Assembly (NCBI GenBank): GCA_030704615.1
Contig: CM060733.1
Span: 33,790,001-33,854,000 of the forward strand
Origin: Takakia lepidozioides
Taxonomy: Eukaryota > Plantae > Bryophyta
Direction of reading: 5' to 3'
DNA: 64,000 nt
The translations under genes were made by a program, and so were the position numbers. Shown here piece by piece: positions 14,701 through 25,882 of the stretch (position 1 is its first letter; each line of letters begins with the position of its first letter). Under the pieces are notes generated by a model that saw only the letters and a list, made by a program, of their open reading frames with translations, did no database searches and was not told the origin of the DNA.

Positions 14701-16386
14701 GTCAGTATCTATGGCAATGCTGGATGGAACACTTTTGGTTACTTGAGGCTCCAAGCCAGGCGAACCACTTGTCAGCTCTGCACAATCTTCAATCTTGGCT
14801 TCATCTACTTGTGTTGATGTGCCGCTGCTGACCGTACCTTGATGCTCATCACCTCCTTTATCTTCTCTGTGCCACTGCTTGTCTTTCTTGAGTCCCCTCT
14901 TTCTTAGCATGTCCAACACGTCGGGTTTCAGGCGCTCCAATAACTCTGCCTGGGCTTCTGCAACCTCAGCAGCTGACATGCCAGATATGGCTGCCCGATT
15001 TTCTGCATCAATGGTCTCAGGATTGACTCCGGACCTTGTGGTCTCTTCTCTCACTCCCTGATGGTATGGGTCTGACTCTCTGCCACTAGCAGTGGCACCT
15101 GTTTTGCTTCGTGATTGAGCTACCGATGCATAATCCAGAGATTTGCTGGAAGGTGTCACATCCTCAACAGGATCATTATGATTGGCCAATGGAGATGTCT
15201 CTTGCAATCCAATTTCACTTCGTTGAGAGCTACTTTGGTTCTCTTTAGCAATCATTTCTGTCCCTCTATCAACAGCATTTTGGTCATCTAGTCCAGAAGA
15301 ATGGCTTTCCTTTAGGTCCCCTTCCAAAGACTGAGCAGTACTTGTAGTTGACGGGGCACCAGCTTCCACAGGTCCCCCATGCTCTTCGTCATCACCAGGG
15401 CTGCGCTCAGTCTTCCATCTACTAAGCCGTAAGCCTGCTCTCTGCTTTCTTGGCAGTGGCTGTGCCAGAGCGGCCAGAGAGTCGCCGCCGAAATCTTCCT
15501 TGTGATCCACTGCTGGAGAAGAATCCTCTTTCTTTAAAGGTGCCCAATACTACAAAAAACCACAGCAGAGCCATTTAATGACACAAAATTGCATATCCTT
15601 GTCAACTCCAAAAGGATGATCCTTGGAAACAATACCGTAAGCCTACTACATGTTCCAGCCACTAACAAAATGGGACGGGTAAGAGACTCTAGAATTCTTG
15701 GAATTCGACACTAAAACAAACCAAAGCAGGTGTGTCAAAGCGAAGTAAATGAGTTGGGCCTGACCCTAGACTACATTCCGCTGACGCCAATGCAATTCTT
15801 CTCTGCAATTCCTAGTGTCATAGTGTGAAGCGGGGTTCCACAGCTCTTAGTATAAGGTTGAAATCTACAAATGACAAGAAAGATGCAACTTTTGACCCCA
15901 ATTTTGTTGTGAAGGAGAAGAGACAGAAACGCACTCATTCGCAGCCAACAGCCTGCACAATCTAAGCAATGAGACACTCCAAACGAAAACTCTTTTGCTG
16001 AATAAGTTGAATTTGGCTGCACATCAGTCGGTCGAAAATGCAGCCCCAATTTTCAAAAGCTACAAACTAGGGTTGACGAAGGGGGAGATAGACAGGCAGA
16101 GTGATTAAGACAGAGTCAGTCAGTGTGCGAGACATACAGGACCCTCTGAACGATGCCGAGCCACGGGAAACGGGATCGCAGTGGGATTGGGGAGGGACAC
16201 TTTGGTAGGTTCCTCCGATGAAAATCCCTTCTCCTTGATGATCCCCATGACCGGAAGAGGCTCATAACCTTCACCTTGCTTCCCTGCAGGAGCTCCTTTG
16301 AGTGGCGACTGCGAATGCGAAGAGCCCCCTGCCAGCCGTACCACTTTGGGATGCGTCGGCAGACCTTCATCCTTCCGAGCAGACAT
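5799..16386 (-). CDS. IYO: RNA polymerase II-associated protein 1 / MINIYO homologue, 10 exons, ~1690 aa
   Basis: Exons 16138-16386, 14484-15549, 14039-14157, 13741-13928, 13477-13582, 12868-13134, 12357-12554, 9603-12095, 8825-9037, 5799-5972; GT-AG, in phase (5073 nt). RPAP1_N (IDAENRAAISGMSAAEVAEAQAELL), RPAP1_C (ERDYLRSEGDPAAAGYSLKEATALVRSTVPGHR), GRGGPAPGLGLGWG, WAGQRLPLPSHWLLSP, C-terminal LNACEGDSTLL. Start codon less certain. Confidence 0.92.
6191..8626 (-). mobile_element. 5'-truncated non-LTR retrotransposon (RTE/RTEX-like LINE) in the last intron of IYO
   Basis: RT ORF 6763-8151 (PGNYRGITLL, FFLDVKKAYD, GVAQGCTLSP, MFADD, YTYLGV, ALEYGSAIW). C-terminal CCHC knuckle CPLC...HFLIHC in 6197-6622. 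Flanked by 12-bp direct repeat gggggagagaga (6179-6190, 8627-8638). Two frameshifts. Confidence 0.9.
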
Positions 16387-17408
16387 TCTGGCGACTCTGG
16401 AGGCAAGCAAGCTTCTTCGTTTCCTATTTACTCCCGGAGCTCTATCCGCCTCCCAAAACCACCATAGTCCGCTCTTCTCAGAATCTCCGCTCCACTTCCC
16501 TCAATCCAGCTCTTTACAGAAAGCTCCTCACCCCATCTCTTCAAACACTGCTTCCTTCCTCACTCAGAAGCTCTGTAAAGATTGCAGAGGAGGAATTACC
16601 AAGAAAGGAACTCGCATTTGACATCTGACTTGTTTCCAAGGCTCTCTTGTTCCCCCGCGTCTTCTTCATCCCGCAACACCTTCACATGCACTCGAGGCTG
16701 TGACGCAAGACGGACATCTGTCGATTCCTCACTCATACCTAATGGATTTTGCTGCTGATTTGGAAACAGAACCCTTCGGCCGCCCTGCCGACTGGACTGT
16801 TCCACGCCCTGTTCCGGCTCTACGACCAATCACAAACTGGCTGCACTGCCTCTTGTTACCCACACCTGCGGGTCCGGCCGGACCACGTGTCCGTTTCTTG
16901 AGCGTTCAGACCAAGAGCCCTGCTATTTCTCCGTTACTTAGCGAAACCCCATGTCGGTAGCAATAACGGAACTCGATGCATGCGCTCTCAGGGTCGAGAC
17001 TCGTCCACGTGGTGAGACCAAGATTCACCACCTACGGTCTGGCTGGTACATGTACGGTCGCCGTCCGGTTATCACACGGGTGAAAAGTGAAAACCTTTCT
17101 TCCCGGGGAAGAAAATTTCCCGCCAAGGTTGAGGCACCAGTCTCAAATCCCTGAGAGAGAAAAAGAAATACAATATGGCGGCTGGCTGACCGCATGGAGT
17201 AATACGCTATGTACATAATCGGCACCGTATACAGACCGTATATATGGTTCAATAAGACACAGGTGCTACTAATGTTAGAGAAGGAGTTGAAAGAAGACAT
17301 TTATTCTGGCCTTTAATCTACTCTAACAAGCATTGTACACTATGCCGCGTCCAGCCCACAAATAGACACCTGGCCCTACCTTCTTCTCCACTCTACCCAC
17401 CCCCTACA

Positions 17409-17990
17409 GGAAGATAATAGAAATGAGGTAAGATCTGAATGAACACGTGCAACCTCTGACAGGATCGTCGGTCGGTTTCTGGCATGTCAAATCTTCCCCA
17501 CCCTCTCTTGAGAGTGACATGGAACTGAAGGAGTCAGGGTTATGCTACGTTACACCGCAGGGAGTGTAATTCCACTTGGGGTTACACTGGGTTACACGAT
17601 GGGGTGTGTAACTCCACTCGGGGTTATAGTGTAACTCCACTCGGTGTAAGCCACACTTGGTCTCGAAATTTGACTGTCCAAATTTGGCTAAGTATAAAAT
17701 GGACTACAAAGAGTTACACAAGAGACTGGGGTTACAAAGGGTTACGCCAATTGGGATACCCCGTACCGGGGTTACACGTCAGTCAAAAATCAAACCGAAA
17801 TCTCGCCGCCTGCCGTTCAATCACCTTACCAACAGGCTACCCACCACAGCATGGAACCCTTTTGGATTATTAAGTATTTAATAGTGAAACGGAGGTAAGA
17901 GGGGGTGGGGATGATTTGACAAGGGCCCTGCCCAGACGCCCAGGCTGCCCAAATCCGGCGAAAGTACCGTCAGATGGCACAAGTGCATTA
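17409..17990. mobile_element. MITE-like element with inverted ends and internal GTTACAC/GTGTAAC motif cluster
   Basis: Inverted repeat tgtcaaatcttccccaccctctctt (17485-17509) / aagagggggtggggatgatttgaca (17897-17921). The end motif ggaagataatag(a/g)aatgaggtaaga recurs at ~59502 and inverted at 18449-18473. About 10 gttac/gtaac motifs in 17538-17780. No TSD found. Confidence 0.5.
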
Positions 17991-18022
17991 AGGACTAGGT
18001 AGCATTCGAGAGGAGCCCTGCT

Positions 18023-18329
18023 ACCACCGGATATAGCAGGAGCCAGGACCTACCGGCATTAGCGGTGATATGTCATGGCGACCTGCTATATCCGATAGCA
18101 GGGGCTCCTCGGACATAACCGGTTTTTAGGGCAGCGAACCATTGGGTTTACACTGGTACGTACCTATCACCACCGGATATAGCAGGAGCCAGGACCTACC
18201 GGCATTAGCGTTGTGATGTCATGGCGACCTGCTATATCCGATAGCAGGGGCTCCTCGGACATAACCGGTTTTTAGGGCAGCGAACCATTGGGTTTACACT
18301 GGTACGTACCTATCACCACCGGATATAGC
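18023..18329. repeat. Tandem repeat, 146-bp unit x ~2.1, each unit with an internal hairpin
   Basis: Unit starts accaccggatatagc at 18023, 18169 and 18315; units near-identical; cggatatagcagg pairs with cctgctatatccg. Confidence 0.9.
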
Positions 18330-19606
18330 TACCGAGCCGCGTAGGTAGTTAAAATCTAGTAGGTCGTAGAATACCACATACAGCACCCCTCCTCAAATCC
18401 AGTAGAAACATGCCACGTCAGCGAGTCTGCTCTAAAAATCGGTTATGTTCTCACCTCGTTCCTATTATCTGCCCCCCCATACAGTCTACCTGGATAAATG
18501 TTTCCTCTATGAACGTTAAACTACCATAAATATTAACAAATATGATTGGCTCCTTTTTATTCTAAAGAAGAATTTGTGTCAAAAATGGCTAAAGCCCCTG
18601 TTGTGCCTTCCCTAAGTGTGACCTCTCCTTTGTTCAAAAATAGTTTCATGATGTACCTTCTCCAAGTACCACCTCCCTCGTCCCTAAGGTAATATTTATG
18701 TTATTTTTATTTTCTTAAATAAAAGGAAAACACCTGGGATATCTCTGTTATTGAACAATTGAAAAAAATGGTTGAATTTTATTAGTTTATTATGGATGAA
18801 AGTAGATTCTACTATTCACAAGAGGAGCCATACATGGCTAGCCACTTATTCCCCTACTTGTGCACACTAGCAAATGTTAAGTGTTATTTGTGAACAAATG
18901 TTTACCGGTATTTCCCTCTTCATTGAGTTGCCCTTAATAAATGTTAAGTGCACCATAAAGGCTATGACATACGCTCAATCTAGCTTCAGGATAAGCTCCA
19001 TAATTAAGCTCTAAATAAGATAAGATCACATCCTAAAACATAACCAATCATAGGATTATAAGGTAACACTAACGTGTTGTCGGCCTTCAGTTGTCCCATA
19101 TCCCCGAGGTCGCCCGGCAATCGCCCCACCGCCAGCAGCCGCCCGGCGTACCAAATTGGTGAGTAAAGACAATTTAGACATGGTTGCCTTGAGGTTAGTT
19201 AACAGACAAGCCCCCTGGACGTAAATTCTCTTGAAGGCCCCATTTTGTACCAAGAATAAGTCCTCTGAACAATCATCTAATTTATGGATCATAGGAAAAC
19301 AACGACATGATTTCAAACAGCAAGGAAGTACAAGTTTGGAAGTAAATTGTTATAACATAGTCTTTACAACACAACTACAATTAAGCATCTGGAAAATTAA
19401 AAGCTGATTACAAGTTCACTTCAAAGTGCATGATGAAATTAGAGGATTTATATGAGAGAAGGCACGTTGAGAATGTGAGGAGGTACTGTTTCTGGTTTTC
19501 TGTACATGTATTATGTCTTCTCACGAGACATAGTTTTGTTTGCCTAATGAGTACATTCCAATTTCATTGTGGACTGTTGTGTTCGTGTCTTCAAATTGGT
19601 TAGTAC

Positions 19607-19780
19607 CAGTGTTGTGCGGGTACCCGCTTAGGCGGGTTGGAACCGGAACCGGAACCGGGGGAGCAAGGACGAGCCGGTTCCAAAACCGGACCCGGCGGGT
19701 ATGGGTTTTTCCAGGAACCGGCTGGGAACTGGAACCAGGGGGTCAGTTGCGGTTCCGGATCCGGTACACGCACTAGGGTT
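19607..19780. mobile_element. Orphan left end of a hAT-like MITE
   Basis: Begins cagtgttgtgcgggtac, like the TIRs at 36381/37001 and 52977/53753, and is followed by repeated aaccgg subterminal motifs. Partner end not found; gypsy insertion follows at 19895. Confidence 0.5.
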
Positions 19781-19894
19781 TTTTTTTTTTTTGTTTTTTT
19801 TCCCGTGATCTGTCGTCTCTCACCTCCAATCTGCTGCAGTAGCGCGACTTCAGTGCGGGGGAGGGAGCACGAGCACTCGGTGTTTCAGAGTTAC

Positions 19895-20692
19895 TGTCAA
19901 ACTCTTACTAAACAAATGACTGCCATATCATTGCAGCTTGTGAAGCCTTAAAACAAGCCTGAAGCATATACTCCTTTCATCTCAAGAAGTGAAGTTGCAC
20001 AACAAAGGGGCGAGCGGAAAGAGCAAGCAGCACGCGAGAGGAGGATCCAACACACGAATCAGACACTAAGCAGCTCTCATCCAAAAAATTGTACACCAAA
20101 ATCACATATACAACAACACCCGAGTACACCGCCCTGACCTTGTGTCAAGGCGCCGTCTTTATACAAAAGCCCTAACCCCCGTGCCCGCCGCGACGGTGCT
20201 GCCTTGCAGCCCTAGATCTAATGAAGGACCAGGATCAAGCCACCGGCCTAAACTAACCCTAACCTAAACATCATTGTAACGGATTAACGGCTTTATACGC
20301 CAAAAATATACTATGAATGTGTATCGCCGTTTTGGATGAAACGGGTCATTTCCAGGCGTAAGCAAGTATGGGGCTTTACATCTGTGAAGCCTACCCCCCA
20401 CGAAAAATCCTGAGCTCCGCGAAGGAAAACAAATAATGAAAAATATAGCACCCTCCACTGCTGGGTGAAAAACCTACCAAGGGAAACCTGGCACCAGCAA
20501 GTTGGGCCGAGGACAAAACCCTTGGCTAGGAAAACCGTGCACGGAGTACAAATGGTGAGATGTCATAAAATGTTCTAAGTCCTAGAGAGGTCAAGTCCGA
20601 GTACCCCAAGAGGCATCAGCCGCAAACTAAGATTAAGCTGCTGAAAAGAGAGGTGAAGTAAGTTGAAGTAGATCGCTCAGAAGATCAAGACA
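19895..20692 (-). repeat. Probable 3' LTR of gypsy element 1
   Basis: TGTC...GACA termini. On the minus strand it is directly preceded by a purine-rich tract (gtggaggggcgcacggtgaggtga) at the integrase stop. No second LTR in the window. Confidence 0.6.
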
Positions 20693-23600
20693 TCACCTCA
20701 CCGTGCGCCCCTCCACATTGATACACGTGAGATCAAAAACTAGTTTGGAGTGCACCAAGTCCGTCAAGGAAACAGGTTCATCCCGTACTTCAGTGTTAGA
20801 ACCTTGGGGAAGAAGAAGAGCACGTCGCCTAGGTAAAATCTGATAGATCAAGTATGGTCCGTCGATCTTGAGCTTAGATTTGCATGCATGCTTGCCATGC
20901 TGTAATCGAACGTACACGGTCTGTCCCACCTGAAACAGATTAGAATACTTGACACACTTGTTAAAATTACGGGCTTGGGTGAGTTGAGCCTTACCAATGT
21001 TCGTCTTGGCATCATGGATAGTCACCGCATGGTGAGCATGAAGATCTTCAATAAATGTCTCAAGATCAACCAAATCAGCAACAGTAGAGATAAGAGGGGT
21101 AGAATGCAAAGGAGAAACACACTTGCGACCATACAACAACTCAAAATGAGTCTTCTTGGTGCTAGCATGCATGGTGGTGCGATAAGCAAAGAGAATAGGG
21201 GGAAGAAAGGTATCCCACTCCCTGGTAAGTGCGCCATTCTTCTCCAACATTTGGCAAAGAGTTTGGTTGAAGCGTTACGTAAGGTCATTGGTCTGGGGAT
21301 GGTATGGAGCGGTGGTGGAATGCTTGACACCAAAGTTGAAACAAACCACCGTGAGGAGCTGGTTACAAAACTCCTTGCCCTGATCCATTAGTATCTCCCG
21401 AGGACACCCATGCCGCATAAGGATCTCATTGAAGAAGAACTGAGCTACAACATCACTAGCCTTAGAACGCAAAGGTCGGACTTCTACCCACTTAGTCAAG
21501 TAGTCGGTAGCAACACAAATGTAGCTTCGACCTTTTGATGTGAGTGCGAAGGGTCCTACCAAGTCAATGCCAACACGAACAAAAGCATGGGTGACAGGCA
21601 AAGGCTGTAGCTCATACAAGATCCGGGCCCTGGGGAGAGCAATGTTAGCACGACAACCTTCACATGTAGAGATGAACTCGGTGACGTCTCGGTGAATTCC
21701 CAGCCAATAGTACACCTCTTGGATGCGAGCCACAGTTTTCTTGATAGCAAGGTGACCTGCATACAAGGAACAATGGAAACGCTCCAATAAAGCATTCAGC
21801 TGGCTCCGTGGTGGGCACCTCCCAAGTAACATGGCACTCCTCCTCTAGTGAGCTCTTTGAAAAGCTTATCACCCATAAAACGGTGAGTAGACACATGATA
21901 GAGAATTTGTTTACGCAAGGACTCGGAAAGGCCAGCTGGCGACACCCCGGATGGCATCGCTGGAGTAGCGCAACATGTAGCTGATCATCCATGACTGCAC
22001 TGCACATAAGAGGTAGACAATGGGTTTTAGATAAGGTGGCCTGGAGTGCCTGTACCTATGATCTCCAGCCAAGGATACCTCCACCTCATTTGTTACTACT
22101 CATGGCCAGCCGAATCAGGCCTTGAGGCTCAAGCCAATAGTCACCCAGGAGTGCAGCAGCCGGAACCACAACAAACTCGGGGGCCTACGAAAGAGATGGA
22201 CTAAAACACAACATGGAACTTCCACCCAAACTTGTCCGAATTCTCACGAAGCGATAGATCCACACACATGCTAACACACGAATAAATCAGCCAGGATCAT
22301 CCAATAGGTGGACCAGCCCAAGCAGACAATATGCTATGGGAATCCAGGGCCAAGGGTTGCTGATCTGCACAAAGAAGGTTGAGAAGAGGGCAGCATCAGG
22401 GAGCAACCAGGTCAACCCAAGGTGAGCTAGGCCTGCTGACAGGAGGATCAACCTGTTTGAGTGCCTCAGCATTAGTGGTTTCTTGCCCCTCTTGTAGATT
22501 ATATTCATGTCAAATTCCTGTAGGTACAAACAAATCAAACAAACTCCTGCCACTAGGTGCGACACAGACGCGATCAGGATAACACCCTACATGCAAATTG
22601 CCATGAAGTTCCTAGGCTAACAAGAGCTTTTGGTTAGAAGATGATCAGTCTCTATTACAACCGGTGCCATGCAAATCTTTGCCGAAAATGCTTCACACAA
22701 AGACCAGGGCGCGAACCCTCCTTATCAAATATGGAAATTCCTTTCATGACGATCGAGACGACGGGATGCATAAGCTATGACCATGCTCCTGCCTTCTACT
22801 ACTTGACATAAGATTGCAGAGATGGCAACATCAGATACATCAGTCTTAAGCAGAAAGGTAACTCAAAGTTGGAACATCAGGATGGGAGCTGAGCACAAAG
22901 CCTTGTGAAGGGGGTCAAAGGCAGCCTGCTGGGAGAAGATCCTGGCATCTTTACACAACACCTTGGTCAGAGGGTGAGCAAGCTTAGCAAAGTTCTTTAT
23001 GAAGCGCCGGTAATAAGAAGTCAGACAGGAAGGATTTGATACAATGTTTATCCTGGGGATATGAAAGCCCCAAAAGACTCAAGCTTGGCAGGATAGAAAG
23101 CAAACCATCTTTTGACAGAATATGGCCAACGAAGTGGAGCTCAGGCATGAATAGTTTACATTTCTGGGCTTTAACTTTAAGGATGCAGTGCGCAATGTGC
23201 TGAAGACACGGTGACAGATCAGCTAGTGAGCATCAAAGCTGGCTGAGAAAAACATTGATATCATCAACATAAATTAGAGCACACTCCCAGCGAAGATTCC
23301 AAGACACTGTCATGAGGTTGGAAAGTAAAGGTGGCCATTGCACAAACCAAAAGGCATGGTCTCATATTGGTACTTACCCATGCGACACACAAAGGAGGTC
23401 TTTTCTTGGGCTGCTTCAGTAAGAGGAACTTGCCAAAAGCCAGCTGCAAGATCAAGAGAGGAGGAAAATTGTAGCACCATATAGTTGATCCAAGGTTTCG
23501 TTAATCTTGGGTAGAGGGTAGGAACATTTTTTGGTGATGTCTTCAGCATTCTGAAGTCAACACAAGAAGCGGGTTGTGCCATCTTTCTTTCCAACCGGAC

Positions 23601-24786
23601 AATTGGAGTAGCCAAGAGAGACTTGAAAGGTTTAATCACACCGCATCAAGCATCTTCTGGACTTCTTCTTGGATTATGGCACGTTCCTGGACACTCTCTC
23701 GGTAAGCAAATTGTTTAATAGGAGCCCATTCAGTGACAATGTCATGTTGAAGAATAGGAGGTGACCTAGGGGTGGACCCAACTGAAAATATCTAGCTTTC
23801 TTTGCAAATAAGCCATTTCCACCTTCCTCTTTGTCCAGAGGAGAGAGTTGTGCCCAACTTGATTTCAAACAAACTTTGGTGAGGGCCTTCTTACCTCCTC
23901 GGCTGAGATCAGGAATAGTGGTGGTGTAAATGCACAAAAGGAACAACCGTATCTAAGGGGCCATGTTGGATGCCAATGGCCTCAAGACCAAAACCAGCCT
24001 GCCACCTCTTGTAGTCCGCAATGGGAAGAGCAGTGATGCGAGCCAGAACCTGCCCCTTTTTTAATATTCACAGGGAAGCGCTCAGGATTAACAATCAGGA
24101 TCTGGACCTCCTGTCTATATCCTCTATCACAGAACACCAGTGGCCACCCGGCAGTCTTAAGGGAGTCAATCTCCCGCCTCGCTTTCTAGAAATTGAGGGT
24201 TGTAGGGATTGAATGCCCTAAGCACGCCTGGTGGCCACTGGATGGTTCTGTTGATAGAGGATTATAACAGAAGTCAAATCCCTGATTGGTAATCCTGAGA
24301 CGCTCCTTGATATTAAAAAGGGGCAGGTTCTTGGCTCGATCACGCTGTCCCATTGCTGACATACAGAGGTGCAGGATGTTTTGGTCTTGAGGCCATTGGA
24401 TCCAACATGGCCCCATTAGATAGGTGTTGCCTTTTACCAGGGCGTGGACTCTCGACAAATTGGCTGTAGCAAACCCAGCCTTGATCTTCACGGCTTTCAA
24501 GGGAACCACTACTTCATGCCCTACTCCATTGGTAAAGCGAAGGGAGTAGTCTGCTAGGCTAATGGTGGCACCAGCTCCGGTCATCCAGTCAAGGCCTAGA
24601 AAGAATTGATCTCCAATTGTGACTATACAGGTAACCACAACCTCCTTGTTATGAATTCTGATTGGAACAGTGACTAGTCTTAAGGGCTCATACCTGAATC
24701 CATCTATAATAAGTACCTCAATACCTGTGGCAGGGCATAGTTTAAGACCTAGAACTCTCACAACACTCAAATGTATGGCAAATATA
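19895..24786 (-). mobile_element. Degenerate Ty3/gypsy LTR retrotransposon 1 (PR-RT-RH-IN, no chromodomain), 5' part lost
   Basis: Protease-like 24186-24770 (FFLGLDWM); RT 23310-23639 (LDLAAGFWQVP, MPFGLCN); RNase H fragments ~22500-22900; integrase 20693-21832 (HHCC, GIDLVGP, DYLTKWVE, DQGKEF, TAPYHPQT, GPY). Many frameshifts. Interrupted within the protease by element 2. Confidence 0.9.
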
Positions 24787-25479
24787 TGTCGTGCGCATAC
24801 ATATCGCTACACAACTACATCGCTGTCCAAAACCACACAACACATGTGCACACCACACACTAGTATACCACTAGTCCACCACTAGTCCAGCCACTAGTCC
24901 AACCACTAGGCTACAACTAGTCAGTCACTAGGCTGCCACTATGCTGCCCACTATGGCAGTCACTAGTCCACACAATGATAAAGAAGAAGAATACAAGCAC
25001 GAGCTCACAAATCTGAAGCATAAACTCATGCATATATAACCTCATCACTCAAATACAAGTCAAGCCAAGTGCACCCCACGCCATGGGGAATCCACACTAC
25101 GGCGCCATAGCTAGGCGCGGTGAGGCTCAACTCGAGAAAGATGAGCCTTCCGCGCTTGCCGTGAAGATAACCACTCCAGGGCCTAAATCTGCCTTGACCC
25201 CTGGATTGACACTTGGGCCAATCCCAAATGTCAATATGTAAAAGCTAGCTATTTCCTAGCTAGTTTCACACTAGTGGTAAAATAACTTGACAGCTGTCGT
25301 GCGCATACATATCGCTACACAACTACATTGCTGTCCAAAACACAACACATGTGCACACCACACACTAGTATACCACTAGTCCACCACTAGTCCGCCACTA
25401 GTCCAACCACTAGGCTACAACTAGTCAGTCACTAGGCTGCCACTATGCTGCCCACTATGGCAGTCACTAGTCCACACAA
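24787..25479 (-). repeat. A-B-A terminal repeat block (LTR plus duplicated ~187-bp segment)
   Basis: A copies at 24787-24975 and 25295-25479 are near-identical (tgtcgtgcgcatacatatcgc...ccacacaa). B = 24976-25292. Junctions on the minus strand are GACA-GC-TGTC and TATCA-T-TGTG. Confidence 0.9.
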
Positions 25480-25738
25480 TCGCCCCCCTAGCTGGTGCTT
25501 AGGTCCCTCTAAGTCCAGGTAGTCACAAGATGTGATAGTGACCATAGCCTCACTAAGTCCTCCACCACTATCCCTACTACACTCAAACTCGATACATCAA
25601 GAGGCCGGGTGCAAGAGTTGCCCCATCGTTAGTCGCCGTCTTGCAACCTGTGAACTTGAGTTTGGGATCTCATGTATTGACTCCTATGAGCTTGGCCTCC
25701 CATGTCTTGTTAGCTGCCTCCAGTCATGTCCACTGCCA

Positions 25739-25882
25739 CTATCCCAAGCAGTGTGGACACAACCAATCTCCGTCAGGAACCTTCTCAAGAGGTGGTGTCA
25801 AGCATCCCATATGCCAACCCCTTGAGCATCGATCACACACCAGCATGGTGGCTGCCCCTTTGGCAGACCCACAAGCATGCAC
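25739..25882 (-). other. PHD finger (C4HC3) coding segment at the integrase C-terminus
   Basis: ...CGSAKGAATMLVCDRCSRGWHMGCLTPPLEKVPDGDWLCPHC*. Restoring two single-base homopolymer deletions gives integrase-VVPAGLRCMLCGS in frame. Confidence 0.88.

Noticed and set aside
18023-18329. CRISPR-like array, or nucleosome-length (146 bp) functional repeat
   Set aside because: Whole units are duplicated with no unique spacers, no cas genes, eukaryotic context. With only two copies the period match is probably coincidence.
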